64,000 nt of DNA. Source: an uncultured Candidatus Saccharibacteria bacterium. Its GTDB lineage: Bacteria; Patescibacteriota; Minisyncoccia; Phycocordibacterales; UBA9973. The stretch's first letter is position 1. The number at the start of each line of letters is the position of its first letter. The translations under genes and the position numbers were made by a program. This document shows positions 8,568 through 18,480 of this stretch, piece after piece. Where the stretch lies: contig CAZNJI010000005.1 in assembly GCA_964573395.1 (NCBI GenBank), forward strand, positions 7,759 to 71,758, given 5' to 3'. Under the pieces are notes generated by a model, which was given only the letters and a program-made list of their open reading frames with translations, was not told the DNA's origin and did not search any database.

Positions 8568-11261
8568 CTACGAGGCTTTCGCCTTGGCCGTAGCCTTCTC
8601 TGGTAAAGAACTATTAGTTCGTTTCTTTTTTTCAACATCAACACGAATGTCGCTGCCGGTAAAAGAGACGGTAATCGTATCACCCTCGGCAATGTGCCGA
8701 GAAATGATTTTTGTCGCAACTGGATTCAAAATTTTCGTTTGAATTAGACGACTCAACGGACGCGCGCCGTAGTGCGGATTATACCCTTCTTTTGAAAGGT
8801 ACGAAAGCGCATCATCGGTAAGACGGATCTGAATTCCTTTATTCTTAAGCCGTTCAACCAGTTGGTCGACGCGGAGGGTCACAATTGATTTGATTGCCTC
8901 AGGAGACAGGATATCGAAAACCACGATTTCGTCAATTCGGTTCAAAAACTCCGGTCTGAAGTGGTCTTTAAGCGCTCCCGATACGCGATCTTTCACTTGG
9001 ATATACTCATCAGCTGGAGACTGGTTATGGAATCCAATTGTTTCCATCTTCTGAATGAATTGACTGCCGATATTGCTCGTCATAATAATAACGGTATTCT
9101 TGAAGTTCACTATCCGCCCCTTAGAATCAGTAAGTCTTCCATCATCGAGCACCTGCAAAAGCACGTTAAACACTTCTGGATGCGCCTTTTCAATTTCGTC
9201 GAACAGTACTACCGAGTACGGTCGGTGTCGAACTGCTTCGGTGAGCTGGCCCGATTCATCGTAGCCAACGTAGCCTGGAGGGCTGCCAATTAATTTTGAA
9301 ATTGCGTGGCGCTCCATGTATTCGCTCATATCAATGCGAATGAGCGCCTTTTCGTCGTTAAACATGAATTCGGCAAGCGCCTTCGTGAGCTCGGTTTTTC
9401 CTACTCCAGTCGGCCCAAGAAAAATGAATGAGCCAATCGGCTTGTTCGGATCGGAAATGCCGGCACGCGATCGGCGAACCACGTGCGCCACCTTCTCAAT
9501 TGCTTCATCTTGTCCTACTACCCGCTTATGGAGCTCCGCTTCCATGTGCTCAAGTTTTTCCCGTTCTTCTTCAAGCATTTTTACGAGTGGAATACCTGTC
9601 CAACGCGCAACCACTGCCGCAATGTCTTCGGCGGTAATTTCTTCTTTAAGTACCCGGCGCGACTTCTGCAGTTTTTTGAGCTTTGCCATTTTTTGCTCCA
9701 GCTCTTTCTTGAGCATCGGAATATAGCCGTAGCGAATTTCTGCTGCTCGGCCAAGATCGACGCGCTGTTCGGCAGCATCGGCTTCAAGGCGCATCGTTTC
9801 GAGCTCTTTCTTCACTCGAGTAATGTCCTGCAAAAGCTCTTTTTCGTTTTTCCATTTAATTTCGGTTTCCTTTACCTTGTCTTGCGTGTTGGCAATCTCA
9901 GCATCAATTTCCTTCAACCGAGATTTTACCGACTTGCCGTGGCTTCCCTGCTCAAGATCTTTCTTCAGCGCCTCTTTCTCGATTTCAAGGCGCATGATTT
10001 TTCGATGCGATTCTTCAAGAACAGTTGGCTTGTTTTCAAGCTGCATGCGCAAGCTCGATGACGCTTCATCTAAAAGATCGATCGCCTTATCAGGAAGGTA
10101 GCGGTTGGTAATGTAGCGCGTTGAAAGCTGCACTGCCGAAACGATTGAGTCGTCGGTAATGTGCACACTGTGGTAAAGCTCGTACTTTTCTTTCAATCCT
10201 CGAAGAATGGCAATCGTATCTTCCTGGGTCGGCTCTTCAACGTAGACCGGCTGAAAGCGCCGAGCAAGCGCCGGATCTTTCTCGATGTGCTTCTGATATT
10301 CCTTGAGCGTCGTAGCACCAATGGCACGGATCTCTCCGCGGGCAAGCGCCGGTTTTAACATGTTTGCCATGTCCATCATTCCCTCGGCTGCGCCAGCGCC
10401 AACGATGGTGTGAATTTCGTCGATGAAGAGAATAACCTTCCCTTCAAGCCGCTCAACTTCCTTGAGGATGTTTTTCAATCGCTCTTCAAATTCTCCCCGG
10501 TACTTCGTTCCGGCAATGAGCGAGCCGATATCAAGAGAAACAAGCTCTTTGTCTTTGAGTGATTCCGGCACATCGCCGCGGGCAATGCGGTTTGCCAGCC
10601 CTTCCACGACGGCAGTTTTTCCGGTTCCTGGCTCTCCTAAAAGGATGGGATTGTTCTTCGTTCGGCGCGAAAGAATCTGCATAATGCGCATGATTTCCGC
10701 ATCGCGGCCGATAACTGGATCGAGCTTGTCTTCATGGGCAAGCTTGGTGAGGTTTCTGGTAAATTTCGTCAGCATCCGCATTTTTTTCATCTGCGGGTTG
10801 TCGGTATTTTTCGCCTGGCGAACTTCTTCAACAATACCTAAAAGCTCATCGCGGTTAATTTTAAATTTCGCCAAAACTTCCTGCGACTGGCTTGAAACAT
10901 CAAGAAGTGCAATGAAGAGATGTTCGGTAGAAACGAAATTATCTTTCAGTTCCGTGGCAACGCGGAGCGAATGCTCGAAAATCTGCGCCAAGTCGCCCGT
11001 CACGAACATCTGGTATGACGGAGACATAGTGGTATTGGTTTCAGGCGCTTCAATTCCCTCGAGTACCGAATCGGTGAGAAGGATAGTGTCGACATCAAGC
11101 CGTTCCAGAAGCGAAAGAACGGTTGAATCTTCCTGGGTGAGGAGCGCGGCGAGCAAGTGCAGCGGGTTAACGTTATTCTGCCCTCTTTCAATTGCTAATT
11201 CATGTGCTCGTTTGATTGCCTCCTTCGCCTTGGTCGTAAATTGGTTTAGCGGTGGCATCAT
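8568..11261 (-). CDS. clpB: ATP-dependent chaperone ClpB
   Basis: Two AAA+ modules ([15 protein letters not shown]; [15 protein letters not shown]), a long coiled-coil middle domain, and a ClpB N-domain. Confidence 0.95.
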   Translation of the reverse strand: MMPPLNQFTTKAKEAIKRAHELAIERGQNNVNPLHLLAALLTQEDSTVLSLLERLDVDTILLTDSVLEGIEAPETNTTMSPSYQMFVTGDLAQIFEHSLRVATELKDNFVSTEHLFIALLDVSSQSQEVLAKFKINRDELLGIVEEVRQAKNTDNPQMKKMRMLTKFTRNLTKLAHEDKLDPVIGRDAEIMRIMQILSRRTKNNPILLGEPGTGKTAVVEGLANRIARGDVPESLKDKELVSLDIGSLIAGTKYRGEFEERLKNILKEVERLEGKVILFIDEIHTIVGAGAAEGMMDMANMLKPALARGEIRAIGATTLKEYQKHIEKDPALARRFQPVYVEEPTQEDTIAILRGLKEKYELYHSVHITDDSIVSAVQLSTRYITNRYLPDKAIDLLDEASSSLRMQLENKPTVLEESHRKIMRLEIEKEALKKDLEQGSHGKSVKSRLKEIDAEIANTQDKVKETEIKWKNEKELLQDITRVKKELETMRLEADAAEQRVDLGRAAEIRYGYIPMLKKELEQKMAKLKKLQKSRRVLKEEITAEDIAAVVARWTGIPLVKMLEEEREKLEHMEAELHKRVVGQDEAIEKVAHVVRRSRAGISDPNKPIGSFIFLGPTGVGKTELTKALAEFMFNDEKALIRIDMSEYMERHAISKLIGSPPGYVGYDESGQLTEAVRHRPYSVVLFDEIEKAHPEVFNVLLQVLDDGRLTDSKGRIVNFKNTVIIMTSNIGSQFIQKMETIGFHNQSPADEYIQVKDRVSGALKDHFRPEFLNRIDEIVVFDILSPEAIKSIVTLRVDQLVERLKNKGIQIRLTDDALSYLSKEGYNPHYGARPLSRLIQTKILNPVATKIISRHIAEGDTITVSFTGSDIRVDVEKKKRTNSSLPEKATAKAKAS

Positions 11262-11270
11262 ATAAGTGTA

Positions 11271-11311
11271 AAGTTATAAGGTTATAAGGTTATAAAGTTG
11301 AAAGTTAAATG
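11271..11311. promoter_or_regulatory. Five tandem degenerate 8-mers (GGTTATAA-like) upstream of clpB
   Basis: AGTTATAAGGTTATAAGGTTATAAAGTTGAAAGTTAAATGG lies immediately 5' of the clpB start. Confidence 0.4.
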
Positions 11312-11467
11312 GAAAGCGGAAAAAACATCCATGCAGACGGGACAGTGGTGCGGTAAGTTCTGTATTGGAAGTAGTATAGCATAAAAGTCAACAGCATTAA
11401 ATATACTTTTTTGCCGGAAAAAAGTAATGGAAAAGATTTCGAGAAGTAGCCAGTTTGAAGTGAAGAA

Positions 11468-12661
11468 CTAAACTAAATTGTATTTAGCCAATACTTCTTT
11501 CAAGGCGTTTACGGCTTGTTTTAATTGGTGAAGTGTCGTCATTCTGCCGTATGAAAACCGAAGCGCGCCAAGATCTTTTTCGTTTGGATATAAAAATGCA
11601 AGAATCGATGAATCTTTCCCGTCGTCGTTCTTGCAGGCGCTTTTTGAAGAAACGGCGATTCCCCGTGCATCAAGTTCAATGACCATCAATTCGCTCTCAA
11701 TGTGTGGCACAACTACGTGCGTAATGTGAGGCAATCGTTCTGTCTCGGCTCCGCTAATTTTGATGTTTGGAATTTCGGAGGTAAGCAGCGTTTCAAATTT
11801 TTCTTGCAATCGCTTCAGCCGGCGAACTTCTTTTTCTTTTATTTCATGCGCATACACGAGCGCCCATGAGAAATGGTAAATCAAAAAGAGCGGTTCGGTT
11901 CCCGGCCGGATGCCGAACTCCTGGTTGCCTCCGTACTGCTGCTGGCGCAGTTTTACTCCTCGGCGGCAATAGAGCGCCCCAACGCCACGGTGCGTATAAA
12001 GCTTCGTGCTTCCAATGGTCAGTAAGTCGGGATGCAACTGGTCAACATTGAGCGAGCAGTACGGCGCTGCCTGGGTTGCATCAACATGGAATAGTACTGC
12101 CTGATCGGGGTTAAGTTTCTTCCACTGCCGAATTACCTTCGCAATTTCTTTAATGGGCTGCAGGGTGCCAATTTCGTTATGTCCGTACACGCACGAAACT
12201 AGTACAGTCTTTTCGCTCAGAAGCGATGCAACCGATTCAGCGGTTACGATTCCCTGTTCGTTTGGAACGGCATACTTAATGGTTGCCCCCCGAGCAGCCA
12301 GTTCGGTAACGGCCATCAAGACCGATGGATGTTCGAACGAGCTCGTAATAATTTCCATCCGACTGTAAGATTTTTTCTTTCCAAAGAGTGCTTCAATGCT
12401 TCCAATGATTGCCAGCGTATTCGATTCAGTCGCCCCGGAAGTAAACATAATTTCTTCCGCATGCGCACCAAGAACGTTAGCCACGCGCTTGCGCGATTCT
12501 GATAGAATACGGCCAGCTTCAACTCCTTCGCGGTGGAGCGCATGCGGATTAGCGCGAATAATACTACTTGAAAGATGGGGAGTTTTCCTCATCAGGCGCT
12601 CGTCAAGCGGAGCGGCTGAAGCGTAGTCGAGATAGATTCTTTTGTTGGAAAAAAATCTCAT
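11468..12661 (-). CDS. Class V aminotransferase / cysteine desulfurase family protein (NifS/IscS-like)
   Basis: IYLDYASAAPLDERL and a PLP-lysine region STKLYTHRGVGALY. The internal ATG at 12661 is the likely start. Confidence 0.75.
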   Translation of the reverse strand: MRFFSNKRIYLDYASAAPLDERLMRKTPHLSSSIIRANPHALHREGVEAGRILSESRKRVANVLGAHAEEIMFTSGATESNTLAIIGSIEALFGKKKSYSRMEIITSSFEHPSVLMAVTELAARGATIKYAVPNEQGIVTAESVASLLSEKTVLVSCVYGHNEIGTLQPIKEIAKVIRQWKKLNPDQAVLFHVDATQAAPYCSLNVDQLHPDLLTIGSTKLYTHRGVGALYCRRGVKLRQQQYGGNQEFGIRPGTEPLFLIYHFSWALVYAHEIKEKEVRRLKRLQEKFETLLTSEIPNIKISGAETERLPHITHVVVPHIESELMVIELDARGIAVSSKSACKNDDGKDSSILAFLYPNEKDLGALRFSYGRMTTLHQLKQAVNALKEVLAKYNLV

Positions 12662-12700
12662 AATTGAAAAAATGTTGAAATTATTGTAGAATTTGTCGCT

Positions 12701-13177
12701 ATGATACTCGAGAGTATACCATTTATCATCGGCCTCCTTGCGTTTATTGTTCTTGCAGTGGCTGCGCTCTTTATAGCGCACATCCGCCTTTCTCGAAAGC
12801 TCAAGCGGTTCATGCTCGGCAAAAGCGCTTCATCGCTCGAAGAAAGCCTTGAAAGTATCATTGAACGAAATAGCACGATCGAAAAAACGCTCTCGGCCCA
12901 TAAGGAAGCACTTGAAATTATTAATACGCGCCTCTCGGGCAGCATCCGCGGCACATCGCTTGTGCGCTATGATGCATTTCAAAACTCAGGCGGCGCGCAG
13001 AGTTTTGCGGCAGGATTCCTTGATGAGCACGGCAATGGATTTATTCTTTCAGTCGTAACGAATCGAAGCCACGTAGGCGTATACGCAAAACCGGTTGCCG
13101 GCTTTGTAGCAACGGTCGAACTAACGCCGGAAGAATCAGAAGCATTGATGAAAACTAAAGAACAGCAAAAAATATGA
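12701..13177 (+). CDS. Hypothetical membrane-anchored protein (possibly DUF4446-like)
   Basis: N-terminal TM plus a soluble domain. Its stop overlaps the infB start by 4 nt (ATGA). Confidence 0.45.
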   Translation: MILESIPFIIGLLAFIVLAVAALFIAHIRLSRKLKRFMLGKSASSLEESLESIIERNSTIEKTLSAHKEALEIINTRLSGSIRGTSLVRYDAFQNSGGAQSFAAGFLDEHGNGFILSVVTNRSHVGVYAKPVAGFVATVELTPEESEALMKTKEQQKI

Positions 13178-14661
13178 GTACTATCCCCCGCCCTCCAGTT
13201 GTCGCCGTCATGGGACATATCGACCACGGAAAATCGACACTTCTGGATTACATTCGAAAAACAAACATCGTAGCCCAGGAAGCGGGTGGTATTACTCAGC
13301 ACCTTTCGGCGTACGAAATAGTACACGCCGGAAGCAACGGTACTGGTCGCGCCATTACCTTCCTTGATACTCCCGGCCATGCAGCATTTTCAGGAATGCG
13401 AGAGCGCGGCGCCCAAGTGGCAGACATTGCCATCTTAGTTGTTTCTGCCGAAGACGGAGTGAAAGCGCAGACGATTGAAGCACTGAAAACCATTCTTGAA
13501 GCAAAGATTCCCTACATCGTTGCCATCAATAAAATCGATAAGCCGGAAGCGAACATAGAAAAAATAAAAATGAACCTTGCCGAACATGAAGTGCTGGTTG
13601 AAGGATACGGCGGGCAAATTCCGTTCGTTCCCATTTCCGCAGTAACCGGCCAGGGCATCGATGATTTGCTTGAAACTATCCTGCTTGTTGCCGACCTTGA
13701 ACAGTTTACAGGAGACTCAAGCGCTCCGGCTGAAGGCATTGTTATTGAATCGAAACTCGATGCAAAGCGCGGTATTGCCGCAACGATCATTATTAAGAAC
13801 GGAACGCTCAAAAAGGGCGAATTCGTCGTTGCAGGAGATTCATTCGCTTCAACCCGCATCATTGAAAACTTCCTGGGAAAGCAGGTGGAATCAGTCAGTT
13901 TCTCTTCTCCGGTGCAGCTGGTGGGCTTTTCTAAACTTCCCGCAGTTGGAAGCAGCATTACCCTGGTAAAAACAAAACGAGAAGCCGAAAATCTTTCTTC
14001 GGGAAATGCCGAGACACTGAAGCGAAGACACGAACAGGTGCACGTAGCAGAGGGCATGAAAGTAGTACCCCTTATCATTAAAAGCGACGTATTCGGCACC
14101 GCTGAAGCAATTGAACGGGAAATCAAGAAATTGAGCGTTGATGATGTCTATCCGAAAATAATCAGCAAAGGAATCGGGACCGTATCGGAATCTGACATCA
14201 AGCTTGCGCTTGGCGACAAAGAAACGCTCATTGTTGCCTTTAATGTTGGCGTCGAACCAATCGTTCGGGAGCTCGCAGAAAAAGCAGGAATTGCCGTTCA
14301 GCCGTTCACCATTATCTATAAACTGACCGAATGGCTTGCCGAAGAGCTTGAGCGCCGCAGACCGCGAAAAGAAGTGCGTGAAGTGATTGGCAAGGCTAAA
14401 GTGCTAAAAGTCTTCTCTAAAACAAAAGAGCGGCAGGTTATTGGCTGCCGAATCGAAAGCGGGCTGCTTTCAGAACAAGCGAAAGTAAGCGTGCTCCGAC
14501 GCGATTTCGAAATAACGCACGGAACGATCGTTGGGCTTGAGCAAAACAAGCAAAAAACAAAAGAAATTAAAGAAGGGAACGATTGCGGCATTCTGATTGA
14601 AACGAAGAATGATGTTGCACCGGGAGACGTGCTTGAGGCGTACACCATGGTAACGCGCTAA
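13174..14661 (+). CDS. infB: Translation initiation factor IF-2, short form lacking the N-terminal extension
   Basis: G-domain [29 protein letters not shown], plus the IF-2 beta-barrel and C-terminal domains. Confidence 0.9.
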   Translation: MSTIPRPPVVAVMGHIDHGKSTLLDYIRKTNIVAQEAGGITQHLSAYEIVHAGSNGTGRAITFLDTPGHAAFSGMRERGAQVADIAILVVSAEDGVKAQTIEALKTILEAKIPYIVAINKIDKPEANIEKIKMNLAEHEVLVEGYGGQIPFVPISAVTGQGIDDLLETILLVADLEQFTGDSSAPAEGIVIESKLDAKRGIAATIIIKNGTLKKGEFVVAGDSFASTRIIENFLGKQVESVSFSSPVQLVGFSKLPAVGSSITLVKTKREAENLSSGNAETLKRRHEQVHVAEGMKVVPLIIKSDVFGTAEAIEREIKKLSVDDVYPKIISKGIGTVSESDIKLALGDKETLIVAFNVGVEPIVRELAEKAGIAVQPFTIIYKLTEWLAEELERRRPRKEVREVIGKAKVLKVFSKTKERQVIGCRIESGLLSEQAKVSVLRRDFEITHGTIVGLEQNKQKTKEIKEGNDCGILIETKNDVAPGDVLEAYTMVTR

Positions 14662-14666
14662 ATAAT

Positions 14667-14990
14667 ATGGAACAGAACCGGAAAGAAAAAATAGAAATGC
14701 ACCTGAAGGAAATTATTGCTACCTTTCTTGAGCGCGAATCAAACCGCACGAATCTACTGACGGTTACCCGCGTTCTGCTTGGCGACCGCGGCAAGCGTGC
14801 TCTAGTGTACCTCACTGTTCTTCCTGAAAGCGCAGAGGAAAGCGCCCTTTCGTTTGCAAAGCGAAAGCGCGCGGAGATGCGGGAATTTATCAAACCCTAT
14901 CTGAATACAAAAACAATTCCCTTTCTCGACGTTGCAATTGACACTGGCGAGAAAGCCCGACAAACTATAGATGCTCTGTTAAAAGAGTGA
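14667..14990 (+). CDS. rbfA: Ribosome-binding factor A
   Basis: About 107 aa, placed after infB as in the conserved operon. KH-like sequence VTRVLLGDRGKRALVYLTV. Confidence 0.75.
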   Translation: MEQNRKEKIEMHLKEIIATFLERESNRTNLLTVTRVLLGDRGKRALVYLTVLPESAEESALSFAKRKRAEMREFIKPYLNTKTIPFLDVAIDTGEKARQTIDALLKE

Positions 14991-14992
14991 TT

Positions 14993-15064
14993 GTCCTGGT
15001 GGCCAAGTGGTAAGGCGGAGCTCTGCAAAAGCTCTATACGCGAGTTCGATTCTCGCCCAGGACT
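14993..15064 (+). tRNA. tRNA-Cys(GCA)
   Basis: Acceptor gtcctgg/ccaggac, anticodon stem gagct/agctc with loop cuGCAaa, T-loop ttcgatt. Confidence 0.8.
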
Positions 15065-15143
15065 CCCTAAAACATTTGCTTCGCAAATGTTCGGGCGAAT
15101 AATTTGCCCGAGGCAAATTGTTTTAGCCACAACGTAATACATT

Positions 15144-15227
<84 letters not shown>

Positions 15228-15284
15228 CAAATAAAAAAAGAGTTTTGTGGTCAGGGATAAATACATAATTTGCAGGAATCTCAC

Positions 15285-15371
15285 AAGCTGGGAAACCCAC
15301 GGTTTTCCCAATCCTTCCTCCACGGGGAAACAGCAGTTTCCCCGACCCCCTTCTGGTTCGAATCCTGCTAG
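15285..15371 (+). repeat. tRNA-3'-end-associated two-hairpin module, copy B
   Basis: 15291-15319 is an exact inverted match to 8252-8280. Hairpin ggggaaac-agca-gtttcccc shows a compensatory G-C versus A-T change relative to copy A. It ends with ggttcgaatcctgctag, identical to the sense 3' end of tRNA-Lys on the other strand. Confidence 0.6.
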
Positions 15372-15424
15372 ACTAATCAATGTAACAAAAAATTCCTAGC
15401 AATAAGCTAAGAATTTTTTATTAT

Positions 15425-15498
15425 GTGCGCCTAGCAGGATTCGAACCTGCGACCGTTTGCTTAAGAGGCAACTGCTCTACCGACTGAGCTATAGGCGC
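15425..15498 (-). tRNA. tRNA-Lys(CUU)
   Basis: Minus-strand fold: gcgccta.. acceptor, anticodon loop cuCUUaa, T-arm gcagg-ttcgaat-cctgc. Confidence 0.8.
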
Positions 15499-15509
15499 TT
15501 ATAAAAATG

Positions 15510-15594
15510 TGCCGAGGAGAGGACTTGAACCTCCACAGGTGTAACCCTACCTGCTCCTAAGGCAGGCGCGTCTACCAATTTCGCCACCTCGGCA
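15510..15594 (-). tRNA. tRNA-Leu(UAG)
   Basis: Minus-strand fold: acceptor gccgagg, anticodon stem cctgc/gcagg with loop cuUAGga, long variable arm. Confidence 0.8.
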
Positions 15595-15715
15595 GGCACT
15601 TTTTTATACCATAATTCCCTTTTCTTTTCAAAGATTCCTTTCCATTTATATTGACAAATAAACATTTTTATGCATAATATAATCAAACAATTTTCGTAAA
15701 TTAAAAATAAAAAAT

Positions 15716-16936
15716 ATGGCATCAAACAAACGTCCGCTATTTCTGTTTACCCCTGAAAAAGGTAAGCATTATATCCTCACCAAATTCAACAAGGAAGTTG
15801 AGGAGGTATTCTACGATCCGAATAATCCGACAGAAGACGAGCCCTCTCTTTTATTCCTTATCCCCTACTTTTGGCAATTAGCCCAGTGGCAGCTTGAATG
15901 GACTGAAAGGATGAGCAAAGATGAAGCAATCGCCCGGAGAGAAAAAATTAAAAACGATCCGTTCCGAAGCCTTGAAATCTTGCTCGATCTTCCAACTGCA
16001 ACTGAAGGACAACAATTAACCCAAGAAGGGAAAGAATCTGAGAAAACCGATGAAGCGAAATCGCTTCAGGTTATCGTTGTTCGGAAAGAGCCAGTTTGGT
16101 ACTTGTTTCATTTGGAAGCTCACCCTGTTATTGTTCCGTTTACTACAGAAGACGGGAGCGACTTCCTGCTCATCGTGCAAGCAGCGTATCAAACCAATGA
16201 TGCAATCCTCGCAAAAACAAGCGTGAAAAACTATTTGTCGTTTGCGGAGGTTCAAATTTCAGAGGCGCTGGGAACTATTGGAAGAAATAAAACGTTCGAC
16301 CAAGCCCTAAAAATCGATTCTGAAAATTTCGGAGATTTTGTCTCGGAAGGAATTACTATTGCTGATAACAGCTCTGAGACAAGAAGAAAGAAAAAAAGCG
16401 GCATCATCAAAGTCATCAAATACCTCAACAAAGAAAAGTTTAGAAAGTTAGGATTTGAGCTCACCGATCTCATGTTCACCCGAGTGCTGGTAACCAGAAG
16501 GTCTCATGACATTTTGGAACAAAAAGAAAACCTGAAAAAAGCCGTGCTGCAAAATCAGATCGCAGAAGAGCAGGCAAATGCTTTTAAAAAGCATCGCCAG
16601 GCTCAAATCGACATGCAGCGCAAAGAAGGCATCATTGTTTCAAAGAACATGCGCGACCAACTGCAAGAGGTTTACCGTTTCGACTACCATGAATCTCAAT
16701 TGGTAGACAAAACAACGACAACCATTGCTCAAAACCTGGGAGCAACGCACGGGAAATTAACCCTCCTCGGAGAATCATTTCTGTCTAAAAAATCAGAAAT
16801 GTACAAAGAGGCAGTGCTTGCAAACATGACTACCGAAGAAGAGCCTGATGTTGCAGGCACCATTGAAGAGGCAAACAAACAACAGAAAACGCCAAACAAA
16901 CGAAAAGGAGGTAAATATGGCAAACCAAGGAACTAA
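15716..16936 (+). CDS. Hypothetical protein with a Lys-rich C-terminus
   Basis: 406-aa ORF with ordinary coding composition and no recognisable motif. Confidence 0.5.
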   Translation: MASNKRPLFLFTPEKGKHYILTKFNKEVEEVFYDPNNPTEDEPSLLFLIPYFWQLAQWQLEWTERMSKDEAIARREKIKNDPFRSLEILLDLPTATEGQQLTQEGKESEKTDEAKSLQVIVVRKEPVWYLFHLEAHPVIVPFTTEDGSDFLLIVQAAYQTNDAILAKTSVKNYLSFAEVQISEALGTIGRNKTFDQALKIDSENFGDFVSEGITIADNSSETRRKKKSGIIKVIKYLNKEKFRKLGFELTDLMFTRVLVTRRSHDILEQKENLKKAVLQNQIAEEQANAFKKHRQAQIDMQRKEGIIVSKNMRDQLQEVYRFDYHESQLVDKTTTTIAQNLGATHGKLTLLGESFLSKKSEMYKEAVLANMTTEEEPDVAGTIEEANKQQKTPNKRKGGKYGKPRN

Positions 16937-17603
16937 CAAAAGGCGTAGGCTGCAGCCATGGTGGGTAAAAATAGCATGGTGGACAGCAGTGCTCTTAGCT
17001 TTTGCTATCATCATAGGGCTACTCATTCTCATTTTCAGCATTCCCTGGTATTGGCTGCTGCTTGGAATCGCAGCGATTTATCTCCTTTCGCAAGGAAGAT
17101 CGATCGGATCAGTTACTGTTCCTGGCATAGGATGGAAATGGGTACTTGGAATTCTAATTGGTACTGGAGTTCTACTCAGCCTTCCATCCATCATCGGCTG
17201 GATTAAAACAAAGACTGAAACAGGATATTACGCCTGGGCGAAACGCTACTACGAGAACCTTTCAGAAGAAGAGAAAATCAAAGCTGGAATAGGTTGGAGT
17301 ACCATCAGTCAAGGAGAAACAAAATATTTGTTTCTCCAAAGGGATAAAAGCCGCACTTTTGAATTCGACGGATTAGAGAACGGTGATACCGTTACTGCCC
17401 GCCTGATGCGAAGAGATACTGATTCGCCGCGGATGATTGCCGTTTGGACGGAGGGTAACCCAATTTACATTAATGGCTATCCTTATGGAACAAAAGAAGA
17501 TGTGGATGGTTTTCCTATCGACTTTGAAACAAATCTGAGCCCAGGGTTGTACCTGGTAACAGTCAACAAAAAAATCAAAATGCGCTTTGCCAAAGAATGG
17601 TAA
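16917..17603 (+). CDS. Hypothetical membrane protein (2 TM)
   Basis: MANQGTNKRRRLQPWWVKIAWWTAVLLAFAIIIGLLILIF.. then a soluble C-terminal domain. Confidence 0.5.
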   Translation: MANQGTNKRRRLQPWWVKIAWWTAVLLAFAIIIGLLILIFSIPWYWLLLGIAAIYLLSQGRSIGSVTVPGIGWKWVLGILIGTGVLLSLPSIIGWIKTKTETGYYAWAKRYYENLSEEEKIKAGIGWSTISQGETKYLFLQRDKSRTFEFDGLENGDTVTARLMRRDTDSPRMIAVWTEGNPIYINGYPYGTKEDVDGFPIDFETNLSPGLYLVTVNKKIKMRFAKEW

Positions 17604-17606
17604 CGC

Positions 17607-17638
17607 AAAACGCCATCCGAGTTCGGATGGCGTTTTTT
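17607..17638. terminator. Bidirectional rho-independent terminator
   Basis: aaaacgccatccgagttcggatggcgtttttt. Confidence 0.7.
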
Positions 17639-17648
17639 ACTGCCTCAT

Positions 17649-17981
17649 TTATTTCATCTTCACTGACGGCAGAACGGGAGTATTTATTTTCTGCTCATTG
17701 ACGTTCACGTAGCTGAGCCCGAAAATACTGACGAGAAGGTTTAGTATACCGAAGACGCTTACCATGATGACCATCCCGATGATGCCCCAGAGCATATGCC
17801 GCTGGCCTTTTTCCTTCGCCTCTTTATTGGCGCCGTTGCGAATGAACGCAACCATGCCGTAGAGAAAATACGCAAGGGCAATGGCAAACGCAACGCTAAT
17901 GAGTGGGTTAAATATAAACTTGTTCAGCTTATACACCAGCTCCTGAACGCCGTCTGCGGCATAGACGACAGGGTCAAACAT
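17649..17981 (-). CDS. TrbC/VirB2-like (T4SS pilin-like) small membrane protein
   Basis: About 110 aa with two hydrophobic helices separated by the charged loop NGANKEAKEKGQRHMLWGIIGMVIMVS. It is paralogous to three downstream genes. Confidence 0.5.
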   Translation of the reverse strand: MFDPVVYAADGVQELVYKLNKFIFNPLISVAFAIALAYFLYGMVAFIRNGANKEAKEKGQRHMLWGIIGMVIMVSVFGILNLLVSIFGLSYVNVNEQKINTPVLPSVKMK

Positions 17982-17999
17982 ATCGTAAGAACTCTTTTA

Positions 18000-18407
18000 T
18001 TAGATACAACTTCCAGAAGGGCCAACCGGGCGAGTTCCTGGAGGACAAGGGAGTTTATTCACTGAATTTGCTCCTGCTCCAATGCCAAGTGTGTTTCCAA
18101 TAAAGTACACGATTCCCCATACTGACACAATCACGAAGAGTCCGATAATGCCGGCAACCATCTGCTTTCTTTTTTCAGTACGCTTTGCGGCATCGCTTGT
18201 CGTAACAAACTGAATGACGGTCCAAATGAAATAGAGCGTTGCAAGAATCATCAAGAAGGTGATTCCCATGCGGGCATATTCAAATACTTTTGCCACCCAA
18301 AAATCAACTTGGCCGGTATTTGGAACGCCTGCCGTCTGAGCTAATGTAACTGCAGGTATAATAAGTGAAACACCAAATACAGTTACGGATTGAAGAAACT
18401 TTTTCAT
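18000..18407 (-). CDS. TrbC/VirB2-like pilin-family protein
   Basis: Signal peptide MKKFLQSVTVFGVSLIIPAVTLAQTAG, TM1, loop DAAKRTEKRKQ, TM2 MVAGIIGLFVIVSVWGIVYFIG. Confidence 0.55.
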   Translation of the reverse strand: MKKFLQSVTVFGVSLIIPAVTLAQTAGVPNTGQVDFWVAKVFEYARMGITFLMILATLYFIWTVIQFVTTSDAAKRTEKRKQMVAGIIGLFVIVSVWGIVYFIGNTLGIGAGANSVNKLPCPPGTRPVGPSGSCI

Positions 18408-18480
18408 AATAAAAAATAAATAAATTGGTAATTACTAAACCCGGTACCCGCCTGGGCACGGTATTAAAATTATACCACAC

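Noticed and set aside
8182-8742. Track ORF 8182..8742(+) and the similar peptide in 15192..15380(-) (..CFPVKEGLGKPWVSQ..)
   Set aside because: Both are translations of the repeated two-hairpin module and of tRNA genes. The similarity reflects nucleotide repeat identity, not a protein family.
9316-11265. Several long plus-strand ORFs inside clpB (e.g. 9483..10061, 10423..11265), and similar antisense ORFs inside gyrA, topA, pyk and the giant surface protein (e.g. 59693..60229, 61742..62161)
   Set aside because: They overlap strongly supported genes on the opposite strand. They are Ser/Cys/Arg-rich low-complexity translations typical of antisense frames.
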